Of a stretch of DNA of 64,000 nt, positions 46,548-58,995 are shown piece after piece. Source of the DNA: Sphaerodactylus townsendi (taxonomy: Eukaryota); the NCBI RefSeq assembly GCF_021028975.2, contig NC_059430.1, positions 99,200,001 to 99,264,000 of the forward strand, in the 5' to 3' direction. The position numbers and the translations under genes are program-made. Each line of letters begins with the position of its first letter. The first letter of the stretch is position 1. A model generated the notes under the pieces. That model was not told where the DNA came from. It made no database searches and worked only from the letters and a program-made list of their open reading frames with translations.

Positions 46548-47749
46548 CCCAACAGTCTAACTGCTATACCACTCTGCAGGGTTATCAAGCCGAGCCTGAC
46601 AACTGGCAGGAGGGTTGGGGGCAGAGGCAGTGTGAAAGGTCACATTGCAAGCATGATTACATTGCTTTTAGGGAAAATCCAGAAGCTGGGCAGTAGCTCT
46701 AGGAATAATGGGAAACTTTCTAGTAAAATCAAAGTGTTTCTGGTGATTCATAGACCTACTACCACCTCTTCCAGGAGATTTTTTTAGAAGTTACAGCTTT
46801 TGAGGGTGCACACAGTGTAAAGACAAGATTCACGTGACACAGAGCAAGGAACTTCCATGACTGAATTGAATGGCAGCAGATGGAGGGGGATTTTTTTACC
46901 TAGAGCATCTCTGCGATGTTACACAGCATATACATTGTTTGACTTTGACTGTGAAACAGGAAGTGAGTCAACAGCACTGTGCTTGGCTGTCCATGGTCTG
47001 TATTGATAGAAAGGACCTATCTGTGGAGTTGGTTTTTCTCATGATGTTTCCCTTCTCTCCAACAATACCGACATTCCATTAGTCATCACTGATAAATAGA
47101 CACCACTGATAGACAGCCTTTGGCTTTGTTTATTAACAAATGAAAAAGACCAATTTGTTATTGTTATATTACAAAGGAAATATTACAAATGAAGCAAACT
47201 GACATTTGCTATTATTCTGATGCCTCACTGTTTGGTTTAAAGCACACAAGCCAGCTTCAGACTCAAAGGTTACTGGAGAGAATGAAACTGAAAGGGGAGT
47301 TTTCCAATTAACACAGTCAAATACATCTGCAACGAGAGTTGTTTGCCTCATGGATCTTTCTTTCAATAGAATTTCTACTAATCATAAGTGGGTTTGGGAG
47401 ACCTTTCTTGATTTTAACTAATCAGCCTCCCCAGCTCGCATCCCTCTATTTGAGATAGTTTTGTTCTCTTTTGGCAAGACCCCCAAGCAAGATGAATCAA
47501 GAATTTATGCAGATGGCCTTTTAAGGTCCCCTCCATCTCCACCCTGATCATGACTTTTAAAGAATCATGCTTTACTCTCTGCTGCCACCTGCAGAACAAT
47601 AGAAGCATTGCCGTCTCAAAGGCTGCAGTTAGTTCAGAGGGGAGCGGCGTTGATTTGCTAAGGCTAAGCCAAGAGCTAGATTTGAGTTCAGCAGCACCTT
47701 AGAGACAAAATCAGAGGTTTAACAATCGCAAAATGGAAGCAGTGTTACA

Positions 47750-48030
47750 GAAAGAAGAGTTTGGATTCATACCCTGCCTTTCATTCCTGTAAGGAGTCTC
47801 AAGGCAGCTTACAAACTCCTTTCCCTTCCTCTCCCCGCAACAGTCACCTTGTAAGGTAGGTGGGACCGAGAGAGTTCTGAACAAACTGTGAATAGCCCAA
47901 GATCACCCAGCAAGAATGTAGGAGTGAAGAAGCAAATCTGGTTCACCAGTTAGGAGTCTGCCACTCATGTGGAGGAATGGGGAATCAAACCTGGTGCTCC
48001 TGCTCTTAACCACTTCATTACACTGACTCT
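47750..48030 (-). mobile_element. Squam3-like SINE
   Basis: Reverse complement of the 15512 family. Confidence 0.8.
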
Positions 48031-49415
48031 CAGACATCTTGCATCCTGAGAAAGGCAGACAGGATTTCACAACAGCATAGGAGCTTGCTTTTGGAACCCG
48101 AGGGAAGCAGGCAGAGTTACAGAGAGGACAGAGGGAGTTTATTGCCTGGACAATTCTGAAGGGACCTGCTTGGGAGAGCCTTAAGCCAGTGTCACACTGA
48201 GGACAATGAAGCTGGCATTGACCTCAGTCAAGCTGCAGTTTCCCATACAAATAGTGCAGTTCCTAGGGTTGCCACTTCAACCTAGGAAATTCCTGGAGGT
48301 TTGGTGGTGATGCCTGTATCATTTTCAATCTTTCTTTTCATGACCCCTTTTTGATCACCTTAGTAAAAGCATCTCTCTGTAGTTTTCTAAGGCAACCAGT
48401 GATAAGGAAGCCTGGCTGTGTAAATCACCTACCTAAGCATAGACATTCTGATCCTCCTTGCCTTTCCCACCTGTAAGGAGGGAAGGGTGGGGGTCGTTCA
48501 AACTGTATCTCAACTATATCTCCCCTTGGCCTTCCTCAGATCTGGCTGTGGAAAAATATAGGTACTTGCCTTGCATAGAACTTCATTAAAGACTACCATT
48601 ATCAATATCAGAGTCTAGTTAATGTCGCTTGACAGGCGACCTTACATAGCATTTAGAATGACCTTAAAAAGCAGAATAGAAGCAACTGCTTTCACAAGGA
48701 CATATTTGACGTCTGAGGTCAGTTATGGAGATAGTTCAAAAACAGCTGCAATGGATTTTGTTGGGCCTGAGAAAAGAACCTGATTCATTTTCCTAGCAAC
48801 AGGGCTCCCAACCCCTTAACTAGCAGAAGGAATTACAGGACTACTGACTGGCCACTGGAGAGGAGAAGCAAGGCTAGAGCCAAGCGGCTGGGAACCTGAA
48901 GGAAGTCATTCTGACATGATCATGCCCTTGGGTCCCAAGTTCCTGACAGGAGGCAGCAAAAAGCAGCCAGGAGGGATTAAGTGATTAGTAGCTGAAGCAG
49001 CCAGAAGCTGAAAAAAGGGATTAGTAACAGAACAGGATCCTGACACGCTACTCTGATGTACAATATAAATATCTTGTTTAATATGGCTGCTATTTTTGAG
49101 CCAACGAGAAGGGATGGGTTTTTAAACTATTGCTTTGATGCTTGTTGCATTCTATGTGATAATCCAGACAGCAAAGTAATACGGGTGCCATCCAGAATGA
49201 TATCTGGTCCCCACATCACAGAGATCAGCTCTCTGATTGGACTTCATCCCAATGAGGTCCTTTCCCAAACACTTCCTTTCCCAAAACCTTCAGGAATTTT
49301 CTGATCCAGAACTGGTAACCCCTAGTGGAAATTTAATAATTCATCTGTTTCCTTGTTATTATCAATTTACTTATTATTTTAATGAAGAACCACAAACACC
49401 ACATTTTTGTTTGAG

Positions 49416-49658
49416 NNNNNNNNNNNNNNNNNNNNNNNNNNNNNNNNNNNNNNNNNNNNNNNNNNNNNNNNNNNNNNNNNNNNNNNNNNNNNNNNNNNNN
49501 NNNNNNNNNNNNNNNNNNNNNNNNNNNNNNNNNNNNNNNNNNNNNNNNNNNNNNNNNNNNNNNNNNNNNNNNNNNNNNNNNNNNNNNNNNNNNNNNNNNN
49601 NNNNNNNNNNNNNNNNNNNNNNNNNNNNNNNNNNNNNNNNNNNNNNNNNNNNNNNNNN
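49416..49658. other. assembly gap (N run)
   Basis: Run of Ns. Confidence 1.
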
Positions 49659-50274
49659 GGCTTACATCAGGACTATGAAAAGCTGACTTTTGCTGACCAA
49701 GCTGCTATTAAAAGCACATGAGCAGACTGGTCAGTTGGCAACCTTATTGTCTGCAGAGTTGCAAATCATTGCAACATTTTCTGCCTAATGATGTTGAGTC
49801 AGCCACGTAGGAAATCTGAGTGGGCATTTCTGAAAAGCAAAGGATGAGGTTGTCTGGGGAAACAGCCCCTGTGGATTCTAAGGATTGTTTTAAGAACAAG
49901 GAGAAAAATAATGGAGGTAGTTCATTCAGGAAAAGTTCATTCAGAATCAGTTGCATCTGTCAATCTGTTTTCCCTGCTGAATGAAATCACAACAGCTTTG
50001 ACTTGAGTACCACTGGAGACAAGGGGAACAGCCATGTGCATGCATAAGTGTGTGGGTGGGTGGGTGGTGCAGTCAAATTGCAGTTGATTTATGGCAACCC
50101 CATAGGGCATTCAAAGTGACCCACCCTGGGGGAATAGGGTGGGATACAAATGCAATAAATATATAAATAAAAGCAAGTGATGCAGCAGAGATAATTTCCC
50201 ATAACCTATCACTATGAAGTTTCCCCTGGGGGTGCATGCATGAATTCACTTTCTTAAAGGCCTCATAGCATGTG

Positions 50275-50482
50275 TGGGTCAGGCTAGCCTAATCTCTTCA
50301 GATCTCAGAAGCTAAGCAGGGTCAGCCCTGATTAGTACTTGGATGGGAGACCACCAAGGAAGTCAAGGGTTGTTATGCAGAGGCAGGCAGTGGCAAACCA
50401 CCTCTGGTCATCTCTTGCCTTGAAAACCCTACTGGATTGTCATAAATCAGCTATGACTTAACGGCACTTTACACATACATAC
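50275..50482 (+). mobile_element. 5S rRNA-derived SINE with RTE/BovB-like tail
   Basis: GATCTCAGAAGCTAAGCAGGGTCAGCCCTGATTAGTACTTGGATGGGAGACC matches the 5S internal promoter. The tail ends GACTTAACGGCACTTT(ACAC). Confidence 0.85.
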
Positions 50483-50719
50483 ACAAAGGCCTTCTAAAGA
50501 AATCACATCCCACTCCACATGCCATTCCACTGGAGCACTCCTCAGGTCCAGGCCAGTGAATGTCTTCTCTGGTAGTCAGCTGCACGGATGCCCTGACAGT
50601 GACATCGTTAGGGTTATGAACTACAGGCGGAGCAGCTGATGGGAGGTGCAGGATCGGGCCTAATTTCCCACATCCTTGTGCTTCATGTGAGCAGAAGAAA
50701 GTTTTTCCCCCTCAGAGCA

Positions 50720-50966
50720 AGAAGAAGAGTTTTATTTATACCCTGCCTTTCTCTCCCATAAGGAACCTCAAGGCAGCAAACAAACTCCTTTTCTCTTCCT
50801 CTCCTCTCCTTGTGAGGTAGATGGGATTGAGAGAGTTCAGAGAGAACTGTGACTAACCCAAGGTCACCCAGCAGGATTCTGTGTAGGAGCGGGGAAACAA
50901 ATCCAGTTCACCAGGTAAGAGTCCGCTGCTCATGTGGAGGAGTGGGGAATCAAACCCAGTTCTCCA
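50720..50966 (-). mobile_element. Squam3-like SINE with its head cut by a GC-rich element
   Basis: The family match stops at 50966 and is followed by TTA GGCAGTTTCCGCAC (Harbinger-like end) and CpG-rich sequence. Confidence 0.7.
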
Positions 50967-53900
50967 ACTTAGGCAGTTTCCGCACAGTCAAAAAACAGCA
51001 CCCTAGGGATGGTAAAAACATTGTCCCTGGGCCACTGTACACACCTGGCGCTGCTGCATTGCAGCAGTGCCGTGCTCGCCCCCCTAACAGGCGCAAAAAC
51101 GCCACTTTTGAAAAAGCAGTGTCCTCCCGCCAGTGTGATGCAAAGCACACCAGCGTGAGGGCGCCATTTTTGGCCCCTCCGGTGTTCCTGTTCACCAAAC
51201 TCTTATCCCTGCACAGCTCTGGACAGCTGGAGAGACATGCCCCCTTCAGCCATCCAGAGCTGCACAGGGAGGTCTCCAGGCCCCACCTGGAACAACACAC
51301 AGCTAAAAGAAAAAAGCACAAGTCCCTCAAGCAGTGCTGATGAAATGACGGTTTTGAAACACAAAGGTTATCTGGAAATCCTGTCTGCTGCTGTTCATTT
51401 GCATGATTTGCCATTAACTGACTTGGTTGTATATTATTGTTTTTGGTTATCGGTATATGATGTATATTATTATAAGTGATACTTCTGAATTATTACTGGA
51501 TGTCAAAAGTTATTATTTATGATTATGAACTGAGACGTTTAGATCACAGCGCGTAACCTTTGGAAGTGATTTATGTTGTGAAGAAAATAAAGTAGAACTA
51601 AGTCTGTGAATCACCGAGACAAAGCACCCTTTATTTTTATATTGCTCCCAAACTTTTAGCCTCAACACGTGTTATCCTTTTCTCCTCTTTTTGGTTAGCA
51701 GCTCTTCAGAGACAACAAGCCCAGTGAACCTGGTCATGGAGAATGTAGATGTGATCCAGGTTACTTTGTAGAGATGATCCTAGAGACAGCACCAGCCACA
51801 CAAGACCTCTTCACTTTCCAAAGATTTGGATTCCATGGTCCATTTTTGTTCATTTTCCATTTCCTGCTCCCTCACCTCATATTTTGTGGATTAGATATTC
51901 TTTGTATTCACACTCTGCCAATGCTTCAAAACACCCTCTTATGCAATTATTTATTGAAAGTGTTTTTATCCTGCCTGCTTGTTAACTCTTGGATCCATAT
52001 AATTCAAATCGATTACATATATATTCGGATTTAATATATTCTATTTTGTATACTTGTTATATTAAATGATGTCCATTTATTGTTAAGGGTCATAAAGTTC
52101 CCATATAAAAGCACAACCCAAAATCCCACAGAAATTTAAGAACACCAAACTCTTGGACAGCAGCATAAAACATCAAGGTTTTTTTTTTTTAAAGGATGGT
52201 CAGAAAGCCTGAGGAAAAAATGACCATCAAAGCCACACACACCCCCCCCCCAAAAAGACACAATATGCACCCTTTTTTAAAAATCCACCTCTTCAAGGGC
52301 TGAGCACTGAGAACAGGAACTGGGATTACCTCACAGCTACGCCACTTTTGCAAAAAGCTCAGCATGCAGTTTCTTGTCTTTAAACTAAAATGTAATTTGC
52401 CAGATAAAAATCTTGACATCTTAATTTGAGAACAAACTTCAACGCAAACCTCAGTGAAACTGGAGATTAGCCGCAGGGCCTGTTTTCAGAGCTGAAGGGC
52501 TGCGTTCTAATTAGAAAACAGAGAGTGTCTGTGTGCACATGCAGAGTACATTCCCTCACTGCTGAAGCATGACAATCTCTGAGCATGCATGTTTGGCATG
52601 GGACAGGAGAGCTCTCTAGGCAGGTGATTTCCAGACAGACTATCAAAACTCAGAGAGAAAGAACAAATTCTCTGCTGCGCTTGCTTACTGTAACCGAATA
52701 AATATTCCTTTCAGTATGAACCAGCCTCACATTAACTTTGGGAAGGATTCAGGAGGTTGCAAATTGTTCTTCAGTATTTGGGCTAGCCAGTGTCTATGGA
52801 CTAGATCCAGTTTTCACAGTGTAAGTGGATGCAATCAAAATCACACCTAATTAACAGTGGCCAAGACTAAGTATAGAAAGCTGAACAGCTATAGGAAATT
52901 AGGCATGGTCCGATTACGTACAAAATGTTTGCTGCATGGTGAAAGGCAAATGTCTGCCACAGCAAGATTTCTTGTGTTTCCTCTAGCCCTGCTTTCACTT
53001 TTCACACTCTCCGTGGCAAGCAGTTACACTTATAGCATGATTTAAATTTTGTTTGGTTCACAAAAAGGAACGATCTAGCAACAGTGCAAATCATTCCAGT
53101 CTGATATAGTGAGTCCATAGCGATCAGGGTCTTGCAACTCCTATTTCTATTTCTGCAATTGTAGCAGGGTCATGTCTGTACATTGCAAAATCTGCTATCA
53201 TTACTTTGTATGCATTTATTACTAATCAAACTTTTTTGCAACTCCTGCCCAGGCCTCACTTTGAAAAATCCTAAAAAATGGAATTTTCAGGTTCATACGT
53301 TTATTTAAATATTTATACCCTGCTTTTCTCCCCAAAGCGGCTTACAATGATCCTTCTCTCCTCTTCCATTTTCTCCTCACAACAACCTTGTGAGGTAGAC
53401 TAGTTTGAGAAAGAATGACTGGCCCAAAGTCATGCAACAAGCTTCCAGGGCAGAGTGGGAATTAATACTTGGGTTTCTCAGATCCTAGTCCAACACTCTA
53501 CCCATTACACACTGGTTGTTTGTCCATCTATCACTGGCAAATGACTCTCCCCACATTTTTTTGATAAAGGAAAAAGCTGGTTCCCCTCTGCTCCCTTCCC
53601 AGCACATCCACCAAAACATTGAGAAGTGCCGCTCAGGATTCCTGAATCGGTACAGAACAGTCTATGAAGGCCCTTTTCCAATCCAACTGAGACATTTATT
53701 AAAAACCCAAGTCAAAGCAGGTGATGGATTGAAGCTGTTGTGATTTCCTCAGGAATGACATTTGTCTGCTAATGGCATGGGGTGGGGAGAGATGAGGCAT
53801 TGTGCATTTGGAGGGCCCAGCACAAACTGTATCTTTGTCCTTCGCTGCCCCCCACTGGTTCTTGCCTGCCCCTGCTGAGATTCTGATTGCACCAAGATGC

Positions 53901-54569
53901 TCTAAAATAGATCTCTCCTCCAGGACACCTGCCTGCCTAGTCAAGGCCTCTCACTGAAATGTGAGCTGGACTCCCCAGGTGACCCTTGGTAATTTTCCAG
54001 ATGCCAAAGGGAAATTATGAGGCAGATGGGGCTAAGGATACATGGGTCCGTAGCAGAAAAAATCGAATGCAAACGTAACTTGGCAGGATGTTCAGGGGGG
54101 AAAAGAAAATGTGAAGAATCCCCCCACTCCCGTCATGCACGAGCTGCAGATACCTCGAAGAAAAGATGAGCAGGTTTTTGAAAGGCTGAAAAATGCTAGA
54201 ATGGGATTTGGGCTTAAGTCCTTACCCTGTTACAAGTATTTCTACTCAGATTCTACTAGTATATGTTAAAATGGGGAGATGTTATTTTGGATATACTGAG
54301 CCACAATTAAATCTGTCTGGCACCCCCCCCCTTCAAGCGGCATCTGGGGCATTCACCCTCCCCCACCCCACCCTACTTATGCCAATAGCTTGGAGATATC
54401 CAAAAGGACACACACAAAAAATCTCCTGATGTTTTGGGATCAATAAATATTTATCTCCCATAATTTCAGGAGTGTTTCAGAATTTGAGAGAGAAAGGAGC
54501 AGGGAGGAAGGGAGGGAGAGAAAACGGTGGGAGTCACTGCTGGTGGATTTAGTGATCGCAAGCACAGCT

Positions 54570-54780
54570 GTCTTGAAAGGGGGATTAAATTCATGGTGCC
54601 TGAAGGGAGCCTCCATATACAGAGGCAGCAAACCTTTGAAAGTCAATGCTAGGAAGCTGTAACAGGCAGGGGTTCTATGCCTTGTTTGTTTGGCCCTCCG
54701 GAGCAGATACTTGGCTTCTGTGTGAAGCATGGTGCTGGATTAGATGTATCACTGATCCAGCAGGACTCTTTTTATGTAGC
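54570..54780 (+). mobile_element. CR1 LINE 3' fragment
   Basis: Homologous to 12620-12870. Confidence 0.65.
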
Positions 54781-54849
54781 ACCCCAGTGTACAGCTGTTT
54801 GGGCGTATGTGCACCCTTTCAATTTTAAAGGCACATTATTTCCTATGAA

Positions 54850-55140
54850 GTAGAACAGTTTGGATTTATATTCTGCCTTTCTCTCCAGTATGAAGACTCA
54901 AGGCTGTTTACAAGCTCCTTTCTCTTCCTCTCACCACAATAGACATCTTGTGCAGTAAATGGGGCTGAGAGAGTTCTGAATGAACTGTGACTAGCCCAAG
55001 GTCACCCAACAGGAATGCAGATGTGGGGAAACAAATCTGGTTCACCAGATATAAGAGTCTGCCACTCATCTGGAGCAGAAGGGAATCAAACCTGGATCTC
55101 CAGATTAGAGTTCACCTGCTCTTAACCATTACCTCATGAT
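54850..55140 (-). mobile_element. Squam3-like SINE
   Basis: Family match to the other copies. Confidence 0.78.
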
Positions 55141-56074
55141 GGTCACCCAGCGAGTTTAGCTCACATTTTAGTGAGAGGCCTTGACTAGGCAGGCATGTAT
55201 CCTGGAGGAGAGATCCATGGGGAGAGCTGGCCTCCAAACTCCTAGCCTTCTGCAAGCTTTAAAGGGACATTATTTTCTGTGGTAGACCGGGCTCAAGACT
55301 CGCGCAGTGGAACATGCACTTGACCTGTGTTTCTTGTCAGTGAAAAGAGAGTGCCCGGCTACTAACGACTTTGCAACAACTCTTTTGTCATGGGTGGTTG
55401 TAAGTAATTTACTAAAATGTTGTAGTCCTTAATACTTCAAAATACAATAAATATAATAGCACACAATTGTAAAATTAGACATAGTTATATTTGCTTTAAG
55501 GGGCTGCTGTCCTAACACGTTTATTTTGAGAGGTTGGAAGGCAGGGACCTCTTCCTTAATTTAGCTGAAGCAAACATAAAAGAGGCAACACAATGAGTGA
55601 CAGAAGGATCTACGTCGGCCAGCAGGAAACTGATGCGTTCCTCATCTGCTCCAAGGGAATGTGGAACAGCCTGATTGAGCCTAGATTGGATAGAATTTTA
55701 TCATGGACAGTAAAGAAGATAATGAGGCAAATATGACAGAGGTTGTTGGTTGAGGCCATCCATTGTTATAGTTCCATTTTTCTGGCCTCCGGACCATCAA
55801 TGATTAACTAGACCACTGGATTAAATACTAGCAAGCACTTACTGTTATATATATTTATTGTGCACCTCCCTTCTTGATTACATCTTGTCGTAGTCCCCAG
55901 TCACCTTTTGGTGACTCTGAATTGGAGATTTTACAGGGTGAAGAGTTATTTATCACTATCACTGATAGAAATTGGATTGGTTTAATTTTACTTTAATGTT
56001 ATCCTACGTATTGCTTTTATTGAAAGCAGCCCTGAGTGAGGTACAATAAAATAAAATTTTAAAAGTCCTCTATA

Positions 56075-56870
56075 TGGCTAGATATACAGGGACAGAGGCA
56101 TAGAGCCAAAGGGGTTTTTATTACATCTGCCCTGTAAATAAGCCAAGGGCATTGCTTGAAGACAGGCATTTGTAAAGGCTCTTCTTAATGGAGCTTTGGT
56201 GAGATCTAATAGATACCATGAAAATGTTTTTGTGTGCTTAAACCAAGGATACCAAATAGAAAACTTTGAATTTTGAATCAGGCAAATACCATGGCATGTG
56301 TCTTTATCAACCACCCAGTTGTGGTTTTAATAAGGTTCCATCTTCTAACTACTTCAAAATCAGTTAAGGCATATAACTGAAAAATAGGAATTAATATTTT
56401 TTGTCCAATAGTGCTCCTTCGAATAAAACTGGTAGCCATATTTAGCCAGGTGAGTATCTGGGGCATTTAAAAGCGAAGGAACTTTAGATGGGCCCTCACA
56501 CCTATGGAGGGCAAACTTCTCTCCATTCTTAAATGCAGTGCTGGTGTACCCTGGGGAAGTCTAAGATCTTTCTGATGAAGATGTTCTGGATAGTATCTAC
56601 AGTAGTTGAATCAGGATCTTTTGGCTCCACCTGCAGATCTCAGCTCCATAACTAAAGCAGGCCTGAAGTGACAACACAACAGTAAGAGGACCCCCTCCCC
56701 TTGGAATGGAAAACTTTTAAAATAGTACCTTATGTACAACAAGCTACCAAAAGGGCAGCATTTAGGTGCATCCACCGCAACAAGGAAGCCTGAAAAGTCA
56801 TATATAAATATTTTTAAAAGAACATTGTTCAATTTTATGATTGCCTCCAGACTTTGTCCTGGAGTTGCCA
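56075..56870 (-). mobile_element. degraded LINE ORF2 fragment (RTE-X-like, related to 23895)
   Basis: YLLDLTKAPLRRAFTNACLQAMPLAYLQGR resembles YFTNLTSPKKCHAFMQARFNILPSAVTRER. The upstream boundary is uncertain. Confidence 0.55.
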
Positions 56871-56996
56871 ATGATTACTATTTTTGGTTTTTTTTGTAAT
56901 TAATCTGTAAATGCTCTTTATCACAGCATTCTGCTAATGTATGCATCATTTTCTTTAGCCTGCTTTAGTTATTTTTTTATTGTAATTCTCTTAAAA

Positions 56997-57340
56997 TAAG
57001 GTGACCAGACGTCCCGCTTTTGGCGGGACAGTCTCGCCTTAAACCAATCTGTCCCGTGTCCCGCGGGGTTTTTTAATTGTCCCGATTTTGCCTTCTGGGG
57101 CGCTCCCCTTTTCTCGCCCTGTCACAGGACGGGAAACAGGGGAGTGCCCCAGTAGGCAGTGCGGCAGCCTCCCATGCACGCGGCCGCAGGAGAGCACTGC
57201 CTTTGGGGCACTCCCCGGTTTCCCACCCTGTCACAGGGCAGGAAACTGGGGAGCACCCCAAAGGGCAGTGTGCTCCTGTGTCTGCACGCATGCGCGTGCC
57301 CCCCATCCCAGTTTAAAAAGGTGACAATCTGGTCACCTTA
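56997..57340. mobile_element. hAT (Blackjack-like) MITE, CpG-rich
   Basis: TIR TAAGGTGACCAGA/TCTGGTCACCTTA with perfect 8-bp TSD TCTTAAAA. Confidence 0.92.
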
Positions 57341-57564
57341 TCTTAAAAGCCTAAATAATCTTCTGTCTATATTAGTGTTACCTAGTTTATACCATATAAT
57401 AATTGAGGCAAAAGCCAAAGTGAGATTCACAAAAGCTACAAATAGCTGACATTTTTGTTTCTCAGCATTGTTTCTTAGTATTTTTTTAATAAGACCCTTC
57501 AGCACTAAACAATGGCCAGTTGCACTATAGCATTTCCTAAATGGATGGTTGTGGTTAGCCAGGT

Positions 57565-57745
57565 GTGTGTAAACTACTGTCAAGTCTCAACTGACTTAGG
57601 GACTTTCAAGACAAGTGAAAAGCACAGGTGGTTGGAAATTGCCTTCCTCTGCAGAATCCTCCTTGGAAGTTTCCTTTCCAAGTACTGACCCTGCTTCACT
57701 TCTGAGATCTGCCGTGATTGGGTGATAGCTTGTTGCCTTCCTTCC
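57565..57745 (-). mobile_element. 5S-headed SINE
   Basis: TCCAAGTACTGACCCTGCTTCACTTCTGAGATC is the reverse complement of a 5S-like segment. Confidence 0.7.
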
Positions 57746-58379
57746 CAAACATGGCTAGCCATGGAGGATACCAAAACCTCTGCATGGGTGGAAGAGTTGC
57801 ATTAAAAAAACACCTTCCACCCCTGAAGACTAGTGGAACCAACTGGCTCTAAGGTTGTTTCTGACTGGAATGGCTGACAATTCTGCTGAAGCCCCAGTCC
57901 ACTTCTGCGATGGAAAAAACACCAGGGTGGGGAACATGCCGGCTTGTCAGTACCCTCTTCTGCACATCACCATCCATATAGCTTCCTGGTTCTCCAAGAA
58001 GCTGGTTCTCTCCTGGTTCTCACAAAACAGCAGAGATGACAATGAAAGCATTTGGAGCCAGCATTCTTTTTCTCCACTGCTCTCTGATTTATATTTGTTG
58101 TGTTTTCGACGCTGTTTTGCTGCGGCTATTTTTAATTGTTCCTAATTTACTATTTGCTTGTCAGTCTTAACTGTTGCTTTGAATCTATCAGCTTTTGTCA
58201 GCTTTCTCGACTGCTACATTTGAAAAGAAAAAAAGAGAGGGTGTGTGTAGTCTCACAGAGGTTTGCTAGTCAACCGCCCAGATACACATTCTGTTCTCTG
58301 CAGAGGAAGCTCCTTCTAATTCTTCTCCTGGGCAGTGAAACATTTGGGGTGAGCCCTGTTAGCAGCTGGGTAAACTAGA

Positions 58380-58575
58380 TGAAGCTGCATTTTCCAGAAT
58401 CAGACCTTGGTCCATCAAAGTCAGTACTTTCTACCCTGATTGGCTGAGGCTCTTCAGGACATCAGGGAGAGGTCTTTTGCATGACTTACCATCTGATCCT
58501 TAACTGTAGATGGGAGAGATTGGACTGGAGACTTTCCACACGCTAAGCAGATGTGCTACCACTGAGTCATGGCCC
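58380..58575 (-). mobile_element. tRNA-headed SINE with CR1-like tail
   Basis: Minus-strand head GGGCCATGACTCAGTGGTAGCACATCTG and tail ending GCAGCTTCAT. Confidence 0.65.
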
Positions 58576-58708
58576 TTTTGGGTGATAGCTTGTTGCCTTC
58601 CTTCCCAAACATGGTTAGCCATGGAGGATACCAAAACCATGGAAAGGAGACTTCCAAGGATGAGACGTCAGATGACATCAGCTGGACACTTGCACACAAA
58701 TTGTACAG

Positions 58709-58995
58709 TAGCGAAGTGGTTTAGAGCAGGTGCATTCTAATCTGGAGGAACCGGGTTTGATTCCCTGCTCTGCCACCTGAGCTGTGGAGGCTTATCTGGG
58801 GAATTCAGATTAGCCTGTGCACTCCCACAAACTCCAGCTGGGTGACTTTGGCCTAGTCACAGCTTTTCTGAGCTCTCTCAGCCCCACCTACCTCACAGGG
58901 TGTTTGTTGTGAGGGGGAAAGGGCAAGGAGATTGTAAGCCCCTTTGAGTCTCCTACTGGAGAGAAAGGGGGGATATAAATCCAAACTCTTCTTAT
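58709..58995 (+). mobile_element. Squam3-like SINE
   Basis: Close match to the 34831 and 36369 copies. Confidence 0.85.

Noticed and set aside
50275-50360. 5S rRNA gene
   Set aside because: Only the internal part matches, and it runs into a SINE body and tail. The tRNA-like heads elsewhere are likewise SINEs.
51330-51375. Second hammerhead (CTGATGA...GAAAC)
   Set aside because: Stems I and II do not pair convincingly. At most a decayed retroelement remnant.
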